From a virus (taxonomy: Duplodnaviria; Heunggongvirae; Uroviricota; Caudoviricetes): a stretch of DNA of 64,000 bases. Below are positions 20,282 through 29,906 of the stretch, one piece after another. The stretch lies in the IMG/VR virus record IMGVR_UViG_3300013307_000673; one strand, written 5' to 3'. The notes under the pieces were generated by a model. It searched no databases. It had not been told where the DNA came from and worked only from the letters and a program-made list of their open reading frames with translations. Every line of letters begins with the position of its first letter. Position 1 is the first letter of the stretch. The translations under genes were made by a program, and so were the position numbers.

Positions 20282-20776
20282 CTATGACAGCAACTTCTTA
20301 TCTGTTTCCTGACTGCTACGCTGCGCAACACTTCTGGTTGTTTTAACTAACTCATCAAGCTTCTCTTTAGGCATTTCCGTAGAGGTTTCTCTTCGTTTTG
20401 CCTTCAAGATTTTCCTGACATCTTCTTTAGTTAAAATACCCGCATCACGCTTTAGATCAAAAGTGTTTTTATTCCGGTAGTATTCATTATGAATATCAAC
20501 CTGCTTAACGGAGACAACTCTAATGTCTTTCTTAAGGTCTCTCCGGTTAAATGACTCACCGTTAAAATAACACTCAATAAATCGGTTATGCGCATCAAGG
20601 CCATTTGACATAAGCAGGTCAAATAAAACAACGCCTTTGTAGCCATGACTTTTAAGCAAACTTATCAGCAACTCATCACCCATAACTTCCATAATGGAAA
20701 ATGCGTAGTTTTTGCTTTTTACAACAAAGTTTTGGTTGTAATAGCACGCATCAAAGTCATCACACAGCCTAAACAT
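20282..20776 (-). CDS. rnlB: RnlB/LsoB-family antitoxin homolog (orphan)
   Basis: KGVVLFDLLMSNG..NRFI..FNGESF and GILTKEDVRKIL match RnlB (GEILFDLLCANG..NRFV; VLSPDDVRQVL) and LsoB (KGDVFFDLIIPNG; FNGEKF) as recalled. Confidence 0.7.
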   Translation of the reverse strand: MFRLCDDFDACYYNQNFVVKSKNYAFSIMEVMGDELLISLLKSHGYKGVVLFDLLMSNGLDAHNRFIECYFNGESFNRRDLKKDIRVVSVKQVDIHNEYYRNKNTFDLKRDAGILTKEDVRKILKAKRRETSTEMPKEKLDELVKTTRSVAQRSSQETDKKLLS

Positions 20777-20939
20777 ATAGTTAGATTTTGTTTCAAGTAT
20801 AATAGAAATAGGACTAACCTCTTTGTATATTAAATTATAAACTCACGTCTCTGCTTTAATACACCTTTACGGTTATCCCTTTTAGAGGATCACTTACGTG
20901 CCGGATGGCAACATAAGAGGTACGAAAGGTATAGGTGCC

Positions 20940-21415
20940 TGGAAAGCATTTTTGGTATTTTCGCCATTGAGTTGTAGAAGTATCCAAAAACTAAGCCAAG
21001 CATTTTCTAGCTGCACTTAAGGTAGCAAATCACCTTTATTTCAAGATCGCACTTAAGGTAGCGTATCACCTGAATCTCTTGTTTGGTAAGCATCTTTAGT
21101 TATTCGCCAATGAGTAGAAGTATCCAAAGAATAAGCCAAACGTTTATCGTCCCGCACTTAAGGTAGCGAATCACCTTATTTTTTAATCTCACACTTAACG
21201 GTAGTGACTCTCCGTTTGTTTCAACTTCGCATTTAAAGGCAGCGACTCTCCTTCTTTTATTAAAACCCGGAAAGCATCATTAGTAGTTCGCATAAGATTG
21301 TAGAAGTATCTAATGAATAAGCCAAGTTTTAAAAATCGTAATCTGGAAAGCATCTTTGGGATTTCAGTTTAAAGTTTGATTTAAGAGTAGAAGTATCCAA
21401 AAAATAAGCCAGATT
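20940..21415 (-). repeat. array of two interleaved structured RNA modules (4 type A, 5 type B)
   Basis: A (plus strand GGAAAGCAT...GTAGAAGTATC..TAAGCCA): 20940-20998, 21084-21138, 21268-21324, 21344-21411; B (GCACTTAAGGTAGC..TCACCT and variants): 21013-21035, 21049-21071, 21154-21176, 21191-21215, 21229-21253. Confidence 0.85.
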
Positions 21416-21488
21416 GTTTATCTCACCGGAGATTTTCATTCTACAAGGTATTCCTTATAAAACTATTTAGGCTCCGGCTTGATATTTC

Positions 21489-21517
21489 ATAGTATACAAA
21501 ATAATAATTGAAGTCAA
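21489..21517 (-). promoter_or_regulatory. sigma70-like promoter driving the repeat array
   Basis: TTGACT-N17-TACTAT (overlapping TATACT) on minus strand. Confidence 0.65.
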
Positions 21518-21550
21518 ATTATTTTTCACGATTTTCTAAAATATTTTATT

Positions 21551-21913
21551 TTAAGCAAAAGCCTGAGCGTAAGAGAACTTGCCTTGCTCAAAAACAACAT
21601 AAAAAGAAGAATAGCAAACTCTTTCTTCACCTTCAACTTCAACACATTGAGCTTGGTCGGCAAAGTCCATCATTTTTTGACGTGTTTTTGGCGAAACCTG
21701 TTGGGAAAGCCAGCAGCCATCCCGCTCAAATCCTTCTCCGTCATCTGTGAATGAAATCACCGGATAGCCTTCTTTGGTGTCAACATCTACAGAGATGCCC
21801 AAAAAACCTTGATACTCGATGGTGTCTTTTTCTATCATTGCCTTCAGACAACGTTCTAGTCTTGCGATAGCTATAGCTATAGCTATAGCTTCTGTTTTTT
21901 CTTGTGAATCCAT
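21551..21913 (-). CDS. hypothetical protein
   Basis: 120 aa; AIAIAIA from a GCTATA microsatellite. Confidence 0.7.
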   Translation of the reverse strand: MDSQEKTEAIAIAIAIARLERCLKAMIEKDTIEYQGFLGISVDVDTKEGYPVISFTDDGEGFERDGCWLSQQVSPKTRQKMMDFADQAQCVEVEGEERVCYSSFYVVFEQGKFSYAQAFA

Positions 21914-21948
21914 TTTGCTCTCCTAAGTTAAGAACACCATTATAGCTT

Positions 21949-22386
21949 TTATTTATCTGATATATCAATATTTTTATGAGGCTTACCATAATATTTATAC
22001 CAATCAGGCTTCATCATGATCTTTTCAAGGATACGGGCGCGAGACAAAGATAGGGCCATTGCTGTAGGAGAATAGTCATTTATCCATTCGATGGGAATCC
22101 CGCTTAAATCGAGACCATCGCGATGAGCAATATTGTATTTTCTTCTGATAAGCTCTGCTATAAGACTATCCTGACGCTTTTTCAGGAAGCTCAGCTTATC
22201 ATAAAAGAAGGTGACATGCCCGGCACCCAATAAATAATCAGAGGCAATCTTAAAGTCAGCAGGCGTCTTTCCTTTCGCAAGGGCTTTTCTGACCAAACCT
22301 AAGATGCGAGGCAGCTCCTGATATTCTCGCATTAAATGCTGGTCGGTAAGCTCCTCTGGTGGGACGATATTTATTCTTGTCATCAA
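21949..22386 (-). CDS. denV: pyrimidine-dimer DNA glycosylase (endonuclease V)
   Basis: MTRIN...L.DQHL..EY.ELPR and LG.GHV.FFYDKL match T4 DenV including catalytic Thr2/Glu23 (start probably at second Met). Confidence 0.95.
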   Translation of the reverse strand: MMTRINIVPPEELTDQHLMREYQELPRILGLVRKALAKGKTPADFKIASDYLLGAGHVTFFYDKLSFLKKRQDSLIAELIRRKYNIAHRDGLDLSGIPIEWINDYSPTAMALSLSRARILEKIMMKPDWYKYYGKPHKNIDISDK

Positions 22387-22392
22387 TCCTCC

Positions 22393-22896
22393 TTAATCAT
22401 CATGATGATGCGAGTGATGGCTATCAGTATTATGACTCTGACCACCACCGTCATCAGAGCAGCCAAGGGCATGGTGCATAATATAGCCTAATACATTATC
22501 CTTACTTCTACTTTTCGACTTATGATGTTTTTGATGCCTTTCAACTATTTCAGACATTTTCCGACTAAGTTCAGAAACCTCTCGATTGAACGCCTCTCTT
22601 TTTTTCAGAAAAATAAAGCAGTTTTTTAAATGCCTTATCAGTCGCCCATTCTTTTCCACACCTGTTATGCCTTTATGGAATGAAACAGCTTGCGTGAGGT
22701 TATTATAAGTAAGAATAACTTCCTCATCCAATCTTGATAAGAGATACTGATGCTTAGAAGGCAGCGTTAATGTTAAAATATTTCCCGTCAAATGATATTT
22801 GAAAGCAAGAGATGGATGGCTATTCAAACCATAGTCCAGCTTCAACATGTCAATTAGGTCTGATACAAAAAATCGTCTCTTTAAATAAGCTAACAT
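22393..22896 (-). CDS. hypothetical protein with His-rich tail
   Basis: 167 aa; start uncertain. Confidence 0.65.
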   Translation of the reverse strand: MLAYLKRRFFVSDLIDMLKLDYGLNSHPSLAFKYHLTGNILTLTLPSKHQYLLSRLDEEVILTYNNLTQAVSFHKGITGVEKNGRLIRHLKNCFIFLKKREAFNREVSELSRKMSEIVERHQKHHKSKSRSKDNVLGYIMHHALGCSDDGGGQSHNTDSHHSHHHDD

Positions 22897-22911
22897 CGCT
22901 ATTGCCTTATT

Positions 22912-23280
22912 TTATGAAGGATAGTATTCGTTATTTTTTACATCTTTTTTACGCTGAGACGCGCCCTGATAATAACCACGCTGAATCCAACGCTTACATT
23001 TACCAAATGCTTCTTTATCAGCACGCACAGGCCACGGATAGCCACCATATTTAACCACTTTCAGAGTTTTTTTATCATAACCCTGCTCCTGACCACATTC
23101 CATGATTTCATTGCGGTAGTAGCTAAGCCAAGCCTCTCTATTACATTTTGGACAAGGAATATCTCCACCATTATCCAAATAGTTTCCATCGCCACTATCT
23201 GCATCCCACAAATAACCATCACAACACAGGCTGTCTGGATAGTGCGCTCCAAACTCATGACCTTGATAACCACAGCTCAT
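22912..23280 (-). CDS. Cys-containing hypothetical protein
   Basis: C..DGYLWD.D...CPKCN; GGAGG RBS. Confidence 0.75.
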   Translation of the reverse strand: MSCGYQGHEFGAHYPDSLCCDGYLWDADSGDGNYLDNGGDIPCPKCNREAWLSYYRNEIMECGQEQGYDKKTLKVVKYGGYPWPVRADKEAFGKCKRWIQRGYYQGASQRKKDVKNNEYYPS

Positions 23281-23582
23281 ACGACCTCCTATTTAAGTTG
23301 TTTTAAAATATCTTTTAGTGCTTCTTTACTCTCATTATTGCTTTCTTTAATCGATTTTAGTCGCTCACGACACTCGCTCAAAGTTGTGCCGCCAGCACCA
23401 CTCTTATTTTTCTGATCCATTATCGGAATCCTTATTTCTAAAATATGACTCACGCGCTGATTCAGTCTCGTTCAGAATCTTTTTAGCCGCTTCTGCTCGT
23501 TTTCGACAATCATCAAGGCTTTTAATCTTCCTCAATGGAAAATCATATTGTTTCTTATCTGACATCTTTACCTCTCTTATAC

Positions 23583-24107
23583 TTATACCTCAAGACCTTC
23601 AAACTCTGGAATCTCTTCGCCTGGCGATTTCCAGTTCATAATCTGACCTGTTTTAACATCGATCATAAGAATAACCATATCACCAAAATGTTTCTCCGGG
23701 AAGAAGCTCGGAACATAACCGCGATAATCGCCCATGCTATTACCTTCCTGATCGAATACCGAACAGGTAAATCTATCGCCAACCTTCGCTTTCATTTTTA
23801 CAAAGTTTACTGACTCGGCAAATGATTTAAACTCTTTTGAACTTAAACCATCTTGGTCTTCATCATAACCATTAGCTTCGGTTATCAGAGAAGCAAGCTC
23901 CATTACATCAATATCTGTAGGCCAGTTTACTATCATTCCCGTCGCTAAGTCTATTTTTAGCTCAACGTAATCACCATAGTGGACTTCTGGAAAGAAAGAA
24001 GGAACATAACCTTCATATTGCCCAATAACACTTTTATCTTTATCAAAGATGTCGCAAGCGAAACAATCGCAAACTTTAAGTGAGGTTTTAATTACTGCTG
24101 CTACCAT
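23583..24107 (-). CDS. hypothetical protein with internal two-domain duplication
   Basis: GYVPSFFPExHxGDxVxLxIDxxTGxIxNW occurs twice. Confidence 0.8.
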   Translation of the reverse strand: MVAAVIKTSLKVCDCFACDIFDKDKSVIGQYEGYVPSFFPEVHYGDYVELKIDLATGMIVNWPTDIDVMELASLITEANGYDEDQDGLSSKEFKSFAESVNFVKMKAKVGDRFTCSVFDQEGNSMGDYRGYVPSFFPEKHFGDMVILMIDVKTGQIMNWKSPGEEIPEFEGLEV

Positions 24108-24129
24108 AGTTTATTTTCCTTTTGTTATA

Positions 24130-25053
24130 TTATTTAAATCTTGGACGCAAAATCGCTCTAAGCTCATTTTCGTCAGGAGGATAAGCACTAAGTTGACCAA
24201 CTTCAGCCATTTTCTTTTGGCAAATCTCGCGAATCTTTTCTATCTCGTCAAGTTGCCACTGATGGTTAGATTTATCCACTATCTTAAACGATAATGTATC
24301 CTTAGTGCCTTGATGATAGTAATAGTGTTTCAGCGGTAATGTGCTTTTAACCAGTTCAGTGAGCAAATCAGGATGTTGCCTGAGCTTACATCTCAATGCT
24401 GATTTAAAACGCTCACGAAAAGCTTCATCCTCACTACTTATTACGCCCAAACCTTCCTCAAGCATTTTTACGCCTTTCTTTTTAGCATTATAGCCATGAA
24501 GCGTTTTAAAGCCCTCATCCTGACCACCTGTTAGTAGCCAATACCAATATCCCTCCAGAGACTGGAAATGGCCTTCAGGAAGCTCTACACGCCTGTCTGA
24601 AATATTACTCAGGCCTTGCCCTAACGTAAAGACAGACTTGGTATACACATTGATATGCGTTATGCCCTCCAGCAAAGGATCAAAGGTTTCATCAGGCTTA
24701 TCCAGACTGTCAAAAATAGCACGTTCTTTGCGATACGATTTCAGAACGCCTAACATAAATAAATTTCTGCAGACTTCCTTTATCTGATTACCATGATAGC
24801 GGCTAAGCTGATCTTCCATGCTTTTCTGATTCTGTGCTTCAAGAAAAGCAAAGACTTTATCTTTCTTGTTCTCAATAAGCGTATCAAGAATATAAGCACC
24901 ACTTCGGATAATAAGACTATCTGTAATGAGAATGATAGCCTGCTTTGAGTCCACTCCATTTACGCTTTCATTAAATAAAACAGCAAAGCGATCCCAGCCA
25001 CCGACTGATCTGATGAATCCTGAATAAAGTGATTTTAGGTCTTGCTCATTCAT
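24130..25053 (-). CDS. NADAR-like (T4 gp30.3-like) domain protein
   Basis: C-terminal HINVY..LG..LSN...FQSLEGYWYWL...AK..G...KLRQHPDL resembles phage NADAR proteins. Confidence 0.55.
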   Translation of the reverse strand: MNEQDLKSLYSGFIRSVGGWDRFAVLFNESVNGVDSKQAIILITDSLIIRSGAYILDTLIENKKDKVFAFLEAQNQKSMEDQLSRYHGNQIKEVCRNLFMLGVLKSYRKERAIFDSLDKPDETFDPLLEGITHINVYTKSVFTLGQGLSNISDRRVELPEGHFQSLEGYWYWLLTGGQDEGFKTLHGYNAKKKGVKMLEEGLGVISSEDEAFRERFKSALRCKLRQHPDLLTELVKSTLPLKHYYYHQGTKDTLSFKIVDKSNHQWQLDEIEKIREICQKKMAEVGQLSAYPPDENELRAILRPRFK

Positions 25054-25135
25054 TTTAGTCGCCTCTGTTTTATTTTTATTCAGTATACTTTATTTATCAT
25101 CAGAAAACAAAAAAGACGGCGAACCGTCTTATTTA

Positions 25136-25516
25136 TTATGCCATTTTCCATTTCTCAAAATCTTCATGGATCATGCCTATCAGATTCTCAGCTAAAAAAA
25201 GATTAACCTTCTGACAATCACCATCATAAGACAAAAATGCTTTTTCAACACAATCAAACAATTTCGAATCAAGTGTTTCAATATAACTTTCATCATAACT
25301 TGCGCCAAAAACCTCAATGAAAAATCCCTCTTTCCAATCTTCATATTTAGAGTGAGAACAGTCGCACATAACGTTTAAAGCATCGAGAAAATGCTTTCCA
25401 ATATAATCAGCCAAGAGAGGCGTTTTAAAACCTTCAATCAGATGCTGTGTTTCGCTTAAAAATGTAAAATGCTTCGGCTTGAAATTTTCGAAGTAATATT
25501 CTTTGTATGTTTTCAT
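25136..25516 (-). CDS. hypothetical protein
   Basis: 126-aa ORF. Confidence 0.75.
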   Translation of the reverse strand: MKTYKEYYFENFKPKHFTFLSETQHLIEGFKTPLLADYIGKHFLDALNVMCDCSHSKYEDWKEGFFIEVFGASYDESYIETLDSKLFDCVEKAFLSYDGDCQKVNLFLAENLIGMIHEDFEKWKMA

Positions 25517-25525
25517 AAAACAACC

Positions 25526-25834
25526 TTAAGATAAGTTAAAGTATTTCCATAGCAGATTCACGAAAGAGTCTGCATAGCCATCGCCTTGATGTGTAAAATC
25601 TTCTTCACCACCATTGGCCTTGGTAAGCTCTTGTTCAAAGAACTCACGGCCTTTACCTTTAAGCCCAATCTTAAAGAAAGAGAAGCACATTTCTGTTGTG
25701 GTATCTTCATAGCAGTTGGTCAGATCCTCACTGCCCCAAATTTTACCATCCTCGAACTTATCAAGCTCAAGGAAATCATTGGTATTTTGCTTAACTGCAT
25801 TCTCAAAATCCTGTTGAACTTTATTAATCGCCAT
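25526..25834 (-). CDS. hypothetical protein
   Basis: 102-aa ORF. Confidence 0.75.
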   Translation of the reverse strand: MAINKVQQDFENAVKQNTNDFLELDKFEDGKIWGSEDLTNCYEDTTTEMCFSFFKIGLKGKGREFFEQELTKANGGEEDFTHQGDGYADSFVNLLWKYFNLS

Positions 25835-25999
25835 TTGTTTTGCCTTAGTATGTTTTTTTCTACTCTATCATAAGTGATGATGACAACCAAGATATTTTTC
25901 TTTTACAGCAAGCAACAAATAGATTGAATCACATAAAGAATATTGATATCATTACCTCATTGAAACACAACCATCATTTAATCCAACAAAGGAAATTCT

Positions 26000-26224
26000 A
26001 TGAAAAAGATTCTTGCTGCTCTGCTGATCACATCTACTCTGGCAGGTTGTGCTACTGGTCCTGAGCGCGGTCATTACTACAAAGATGAAAATGGTCAGAC
26101 GCAGTATGAGCCTTCTGCTGAGGCTAAGAATGCAGACCGTTGGGCAACCACTGGTGCTGTGCTGACTGGTCTTGCCGCTGCTGCCGCCATCACATTGGGC
26201 GTCATCGGAATCAATAAACACTAA
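26000..26224 (+). CDS. small lipoprotein
   Basis: Lipobox TLAGC after hydrophobic leader; C-terminal Ala/Gly hydrophobic helix. Confidence 0.85.
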   Translation: MKKILAALLITSTLAGCATGPERGHYYKDENGQTQYEPSAEAKNADRWATTGAVLTGLAAAAAITLGVIGINKH

Positions 26225-26272
26225 GCAATCAAGCCACTGAAAGGTGGCTTTTTACTTTAAGGATGAATAACC

Positions 26273-26470
26273 ATGATGATGAAAATTCCAGGTAGTGCAA
26301 ACGAATCTTATAACGAAAAAGTTGATGATTATAATAAATTAGCCGAACGCATGGATCGTTTTCGTAAGAAAAACTTTCTTTATCGTTTAATCTTTCGTGG
26401 CCGATACATGTCTATGCGTGCTCACTTAGCCGTTATCTGTATGCCATCCTATTGGGATGAATCAATCTAG
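26273..26470 (+). CDS. hypothetical protein
   Basis: 65 aa, AAGGA RBS. Confidence 0.65.
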   Translation: MMMKIPGSANESYNEKVDDYNKLAERMDRFRKKNFLYRLIFRGRYMSMRAHLAVICMPSYWDESI

Positions 26471-26758
26471 TTTTTTAATGCCTTGATAAAGCTCCTCACA
26501 GAATATGCACAGTGTGTTTTCTTGAGGAGTTTTCCACAATCCTACTTCATATTCAGCATTCTTATTTTGAACAAAATGCGATTTCCACAGTTTATATTCG
26601 TCATTCTCATGAGCATGTCCTACCAGCTTTTCTTTGGTATTATCAATGACCACGCTTAGCATTGTATTAAAACTCTCCAGTGAATCCAAAGCGCCTTTAT
26701 TTTCTTCATTAAGAACCTGAGCAATAATAAAATCTTTTGTTTCTTTTGAAATAGTCAT
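26462..26758 (-). CDS. hypothetical protein
   Basis: 98 aa, GGAGGG RBS. Confidence 0.7.
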   Translation of the reverse strand: MTISKETKDFIIAQVLNEENKGALDSLESFNTMLSVVIDNTKEKLVGHAHENDEYKLWKSHFVQNKNAEYEVGLWKTPQENTLCIFCEELYQGIKKLD

Positions 26759-26864
26759 AGTCCCTCCTTTTTCTACAGCTTATCACAAAAATCAGAAAAA
26801 ATAGGCGTATTTTTGATTTTCCACTTTTTCTTCATTAAACTATATAAATCAAAGGAGAAAAATC

Positions 26865-27428
26865 ATGAATACAATATCATTAGATCTGGCCCGCCGTAAA
26901 TCGAAATGGACAAACGAGGATTTTATTCGTGAGATTATCTCTGATGCAGGATGCTCTTATCTTGACTGGAACAACCTGCAGCCCAATAAACCATTAACCG
27001 ATCTTGGTAGCACCATTCTTCACTTACTTACACTCAATCCTTATACTGATGACCTTTCTGTTTCTGAGGATTTAATACGCTATATATTACAAAAGCCAGA
27101 AGTGAATATCAATGCTCAGGATAGATATGGAAGAACGCCTTTGGTTAACTTTATGTATTGCGGACGTATCTGGCAGGAACATCTCGATTATGGACTTTCA
27201 GGTCTGAAACTTTTATTAGAAAATGGCGCTAATCCCAACCTTTTGTTTACGCCTCAGTTTATTCATTTAGCCAAATGTCAGCAATGGGCGCTTATTCACC
27301 ACTGCCATCATGCTCCGACTTTATTTGGTGTTTATGGGATACCTACTGAGATGATATCTCTTCTTAATCAATATTGGGATTGTGATATGAAAGATTCAGC
27401 AGGCAGAACCTATCTTGATTTTAATTAA
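26865..27428 (+). CDS. ankyrin-repeat protein
   Basis: GSTILH, INAQDRYGRTPL, LKLLLENGANPN, DSAGRT. Confidence 0.85.
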   Translation: MNTISLDLARRKSKWTNEDFIREIISDAGCSYLDWNNLQPNKPLTDLGSTILHLLTLNPYTDDLSVSEDLIRYILQKPEVNINAQDRYGRTPLVNFMYCGRIWQEHLDYGLSGLKLLLENGANPNLLFTPQFIHLAKCQQWALIHHCHHAPTLFGVYGIPTEMISLLNQYWDCDMKDSAGRTYLDFN

Positions 27429-27625
27429 ACGCATCCAATATATATCAGACCGCCTATTGCCGATATCATTAAGAAAACCAATACCGCCATTGTTTTATTT
27501 AAAGAAGCGATATAGGCATCATTTCTTGCGTTAGCTTCTTTGACATATTGATCAAGCCTTCCTTCGGATTCTTTTAAATAATCAATCCTTCCTTGGTTGA
27601 TGTTGAGCATATGTTCTTTATTCAT
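27425..27625 (-). CDS. small membrane protein
   Basis: C-terminal TM helix. Confidence 0.65.
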   Translation of the reverse strand: MNKEHMLNINQGRIDYLKESEGRLDQYVKEANARNDAYIASLNKTMAVLVFLMISAIGGLIYIGCV

Positions 27626-27658
27626 TCTTTCCCCATAAAAGAAAAGCCGCAGCGCGGC

Positions 27659-27928
27659 TTATTTTAACACAACCAGTTGAAGACTTAGGCTATTACTTTC
27701 ATTATCAAAGCCCATGTGCATACTTAACTGTAGGGATTTGGCATCAACATTGTAATCATATTCACGTTCTTCTTCATACATATAAATCAGCTCTTCTTGA
27801 AGATCCTCTTCACGAAAAGCATTATATGATTTGTAATGCTCTACAACACGTTTTGCCACATCACCACAATAAAGCTCGTCAGATGTGCATTCAATCTTAA
27901 CAACCATAGGAAAAACGTTCATTGACAC
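27659..27928 (-). CDS. hypothetical protein
   Basis: 89 aa; weakly similar to 28228..28467 (V.IECT..E...G.VA). Confidence 0.7.
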   Translation of the reverse strand: MSMNVFPMVVKIECTSDELYCGDVAKRVVEHYKSYNAFREEDLQEELIYMYEEEREYDYNVDAKSLQLSMHMGFDNESNSLSLQLVVLK

Positions 27929-28227
27929 CTCCTGCTTGCTAAATAAACCTGATTACTTACATATGATCAAGCGGATTATATTCTTTCTCAAAAGATTTCG
28001 GCTTATCTTTAGTGCCACCTTTCATAGTTATTGTTATTGGCATAGCAACAACCACAAACAGAAGGATTGCAATTAAAATAGTACCTGCACCCATCTTTAA
28101 TCCTCATCAGTTAAATATTTAAAATGCCTCAAACCACTTCAGCAACTAAACTATTTTCTAACGCATTTACCTTACAAAAACGTATAAAACAGTTGGGATC
28201 GGCTTTATACGTCGTATTAATTTACTT

Positions 28228-28467
28228 TTAATAGCTGATAGAAAGATTCAGAGTGCGGTCATTATCAAGACTATCAGTATCCATAATCAAACTCAGCAAA
28301 ACAGTGCCGTCATCATCACCACTGATATTATCAGCAAAACCATTCAGAATATGTTGCGTTAAATCATGCTCTACATGAAAATATTTAGAAGCTTCTTGAG
28401 CAACCAGACCGCTGCGCACTTCAGCAATAGTGCATTCGATAGTTACGATATCATGCGAAGTATTCAT
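28228..28467 (-). CDS. hypothetical protein
   Basis: 79 aa behind TTGTGC promoter. Confidence 0.7.
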   Translation of the reverse strand: MNTSHDIVTIECTIAEVRSGLVAQEASKYFHVEHDLTQHILNGFADNISGDDDGTVLLSLIMDTDSLDNDRTLNLSISY

Positions 28468-28769
28468 TTCTTAATCCTTATCAGTTAAAGTCAACACAGT
28501 ATAGCACTACACTTAGTCCTGCACAACAAAATTAGCGATAATGGCTCATCTTTTTTGCCAGCCATTTTTGATGATTGAGCGGACTCTGATGCTCAGTCAT
28601 TTCAGAATAAACGCCTGAAACCATTCCACCAAAAACAAAAGCAAGAAGAATACAGTTTATAATCATGGCTCCTCGTCAAACTCAACATTATGATTCTGCT
28701 TACTCAATAGCGCCCATCCCCAGCAGAGCGCCACCGAAATAACGAACATGAGTGCTAACCACTTCATGA

Positions 28770-29015
28770 TTACTCGCCTGAGCCAGTTTCTGAGCGCATA
28801 CTCCACGACCCGCGATACTCAACACCATCATAGCCATCACTTTCATCAAAATGGATATTGTCCAGAAGCTCACCAGAGGTGTAGCCTTGAGACACCATCT
28901 CAGCAATGCGATCCTCAGCCGTTTCTTTCAGGGCTTCACGATGATTCTCTTTAATCTCAGCCTTTGGATTTTGAGTATTCCACCATTCGTAGCCTAGAAC
29001 GATTTTACCTTTCAT
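28770..29015 (-). CDS. hypothetical protein
   Basis: 81 aa behind TTGTGC promoter, GAGGA RBS. Confidence 0.7.
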   Translation of the reverse strand: MKGKIVLGYEWWNTQNPKAEIKENHREALKETAEDRIAEMVSQGYTSGELLDNIHFDESDGYDGVEYRGSWSMRSETGSGE

Positions 29016-29147
29016 TTCGCTTTCCTCATAGTTTTCAATAAAGCCAGTATACCAATATCAGACATTATGCACAAGCTTTATTTTCCAGTAGAAAACCATC
29101 ATGGCTTATGATACAATGTCTAAATGAGATAAAAGGAAGGAATAAAT

Positions 29148-29906
29148 ATGATTATACACAAAAAACTGGTTGTGCCGGATGAGCAAGAGCTTTACATCTT
29201 TGGTGATATACATGGCGACTACGAAGCATTTAAATCCATGCTCAAACTTATCGGTGCACAGCCAAATGATTACATTATCAGCACAGGCGATCTCATTGAT
29301 CGTGGCGCAGGCATTGCCCCACTTCTGTTCGACTTTCTTCATAAGCCGAACTATCACGCTGTAATTGGCAACCATGAAGAGATGATGATTCATGTGGATA
29401 AGCCTTATAACCGTGATCTATGGCTTCATATGGGCAATGGTGGCGATAAAACCCTTGAGCAACTTGGATGGGAAGGCGTTAAGTATTTCACTGATAAAAT
29501 CCTCAAGAAGTTCCCACTTATTCTGGAAATCCATCACCGGAATAAAGTCTTTGGTGTGATTCACGCAGGTGTACCTCTGTTTTATGAAAACACCAAAACA
29601 TGGAAAGACATCATCACGCTTGCTAAAAAAGATGAAGACTATCGCAATCAGCTTCTTGAAGACCGCGATCTTATCAGGCGTCTGCAGAGAATGCATCAGG
29701 GAACCGTTCAGGAGCAGCAGGAAGCGTTTAATCAGTTCGAAGCCATTCAAGGCATTGATTATGTCATTCATGGTCATACAGGCGTTGTAGAGCCATTCAT
29801 ACATCATAACATGATTTGGCTGGATACGATGTTTTTGGCCCAAACATTTACCGTTTTAAACTTTAATGAGAAAACTCAGAAGCTGGATTTTTTTGTTAAC
29901 GAATAA
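29148..29906 (+). CDS. Ser/Thr protein phosphatase (lambda NinI/PphA-like metallophosphoesterase)
   Basis: GDIHG, GDLIDRG, GNHE, HAG, HGHT motifs. Confidence 0.92.
   Translation: MIIHKKLVVPDEQELYIFGDIHGDYEAFKSMLKLIGAQPNDYIISTGDLIDRGAGIAPLLFDFLHKPNYHAVIGNHEEMMIHVDKPYNRDLWLHMGNGGDKTLEQLGWEGVKYFTDKILKKFPLILEIHHRNKVFGVIHAGVPLFYENTKTWKDIITLAKKDEDYRNQLLEDRDLIRRLQRMHQGTVQEQQEAFNQFEAIQGIDYVIHGHTGVVEPFIHHNMIWLDTMFLAQTFTVLNFNEKTQKLDFFVNE

Noticed and set aside
20940-21415. CRISPR array
   Set aside because: Repeats are of two types, degenerate and covarying, with no uniform repeat-spacer periodicity and no cas genes nearby
21868-21892. GCTATA microsatellite as a phase-variation switch
   Set aside because: The unit is 6 nt, so copy-number changes keep the frame; it only yields AIAIAIA
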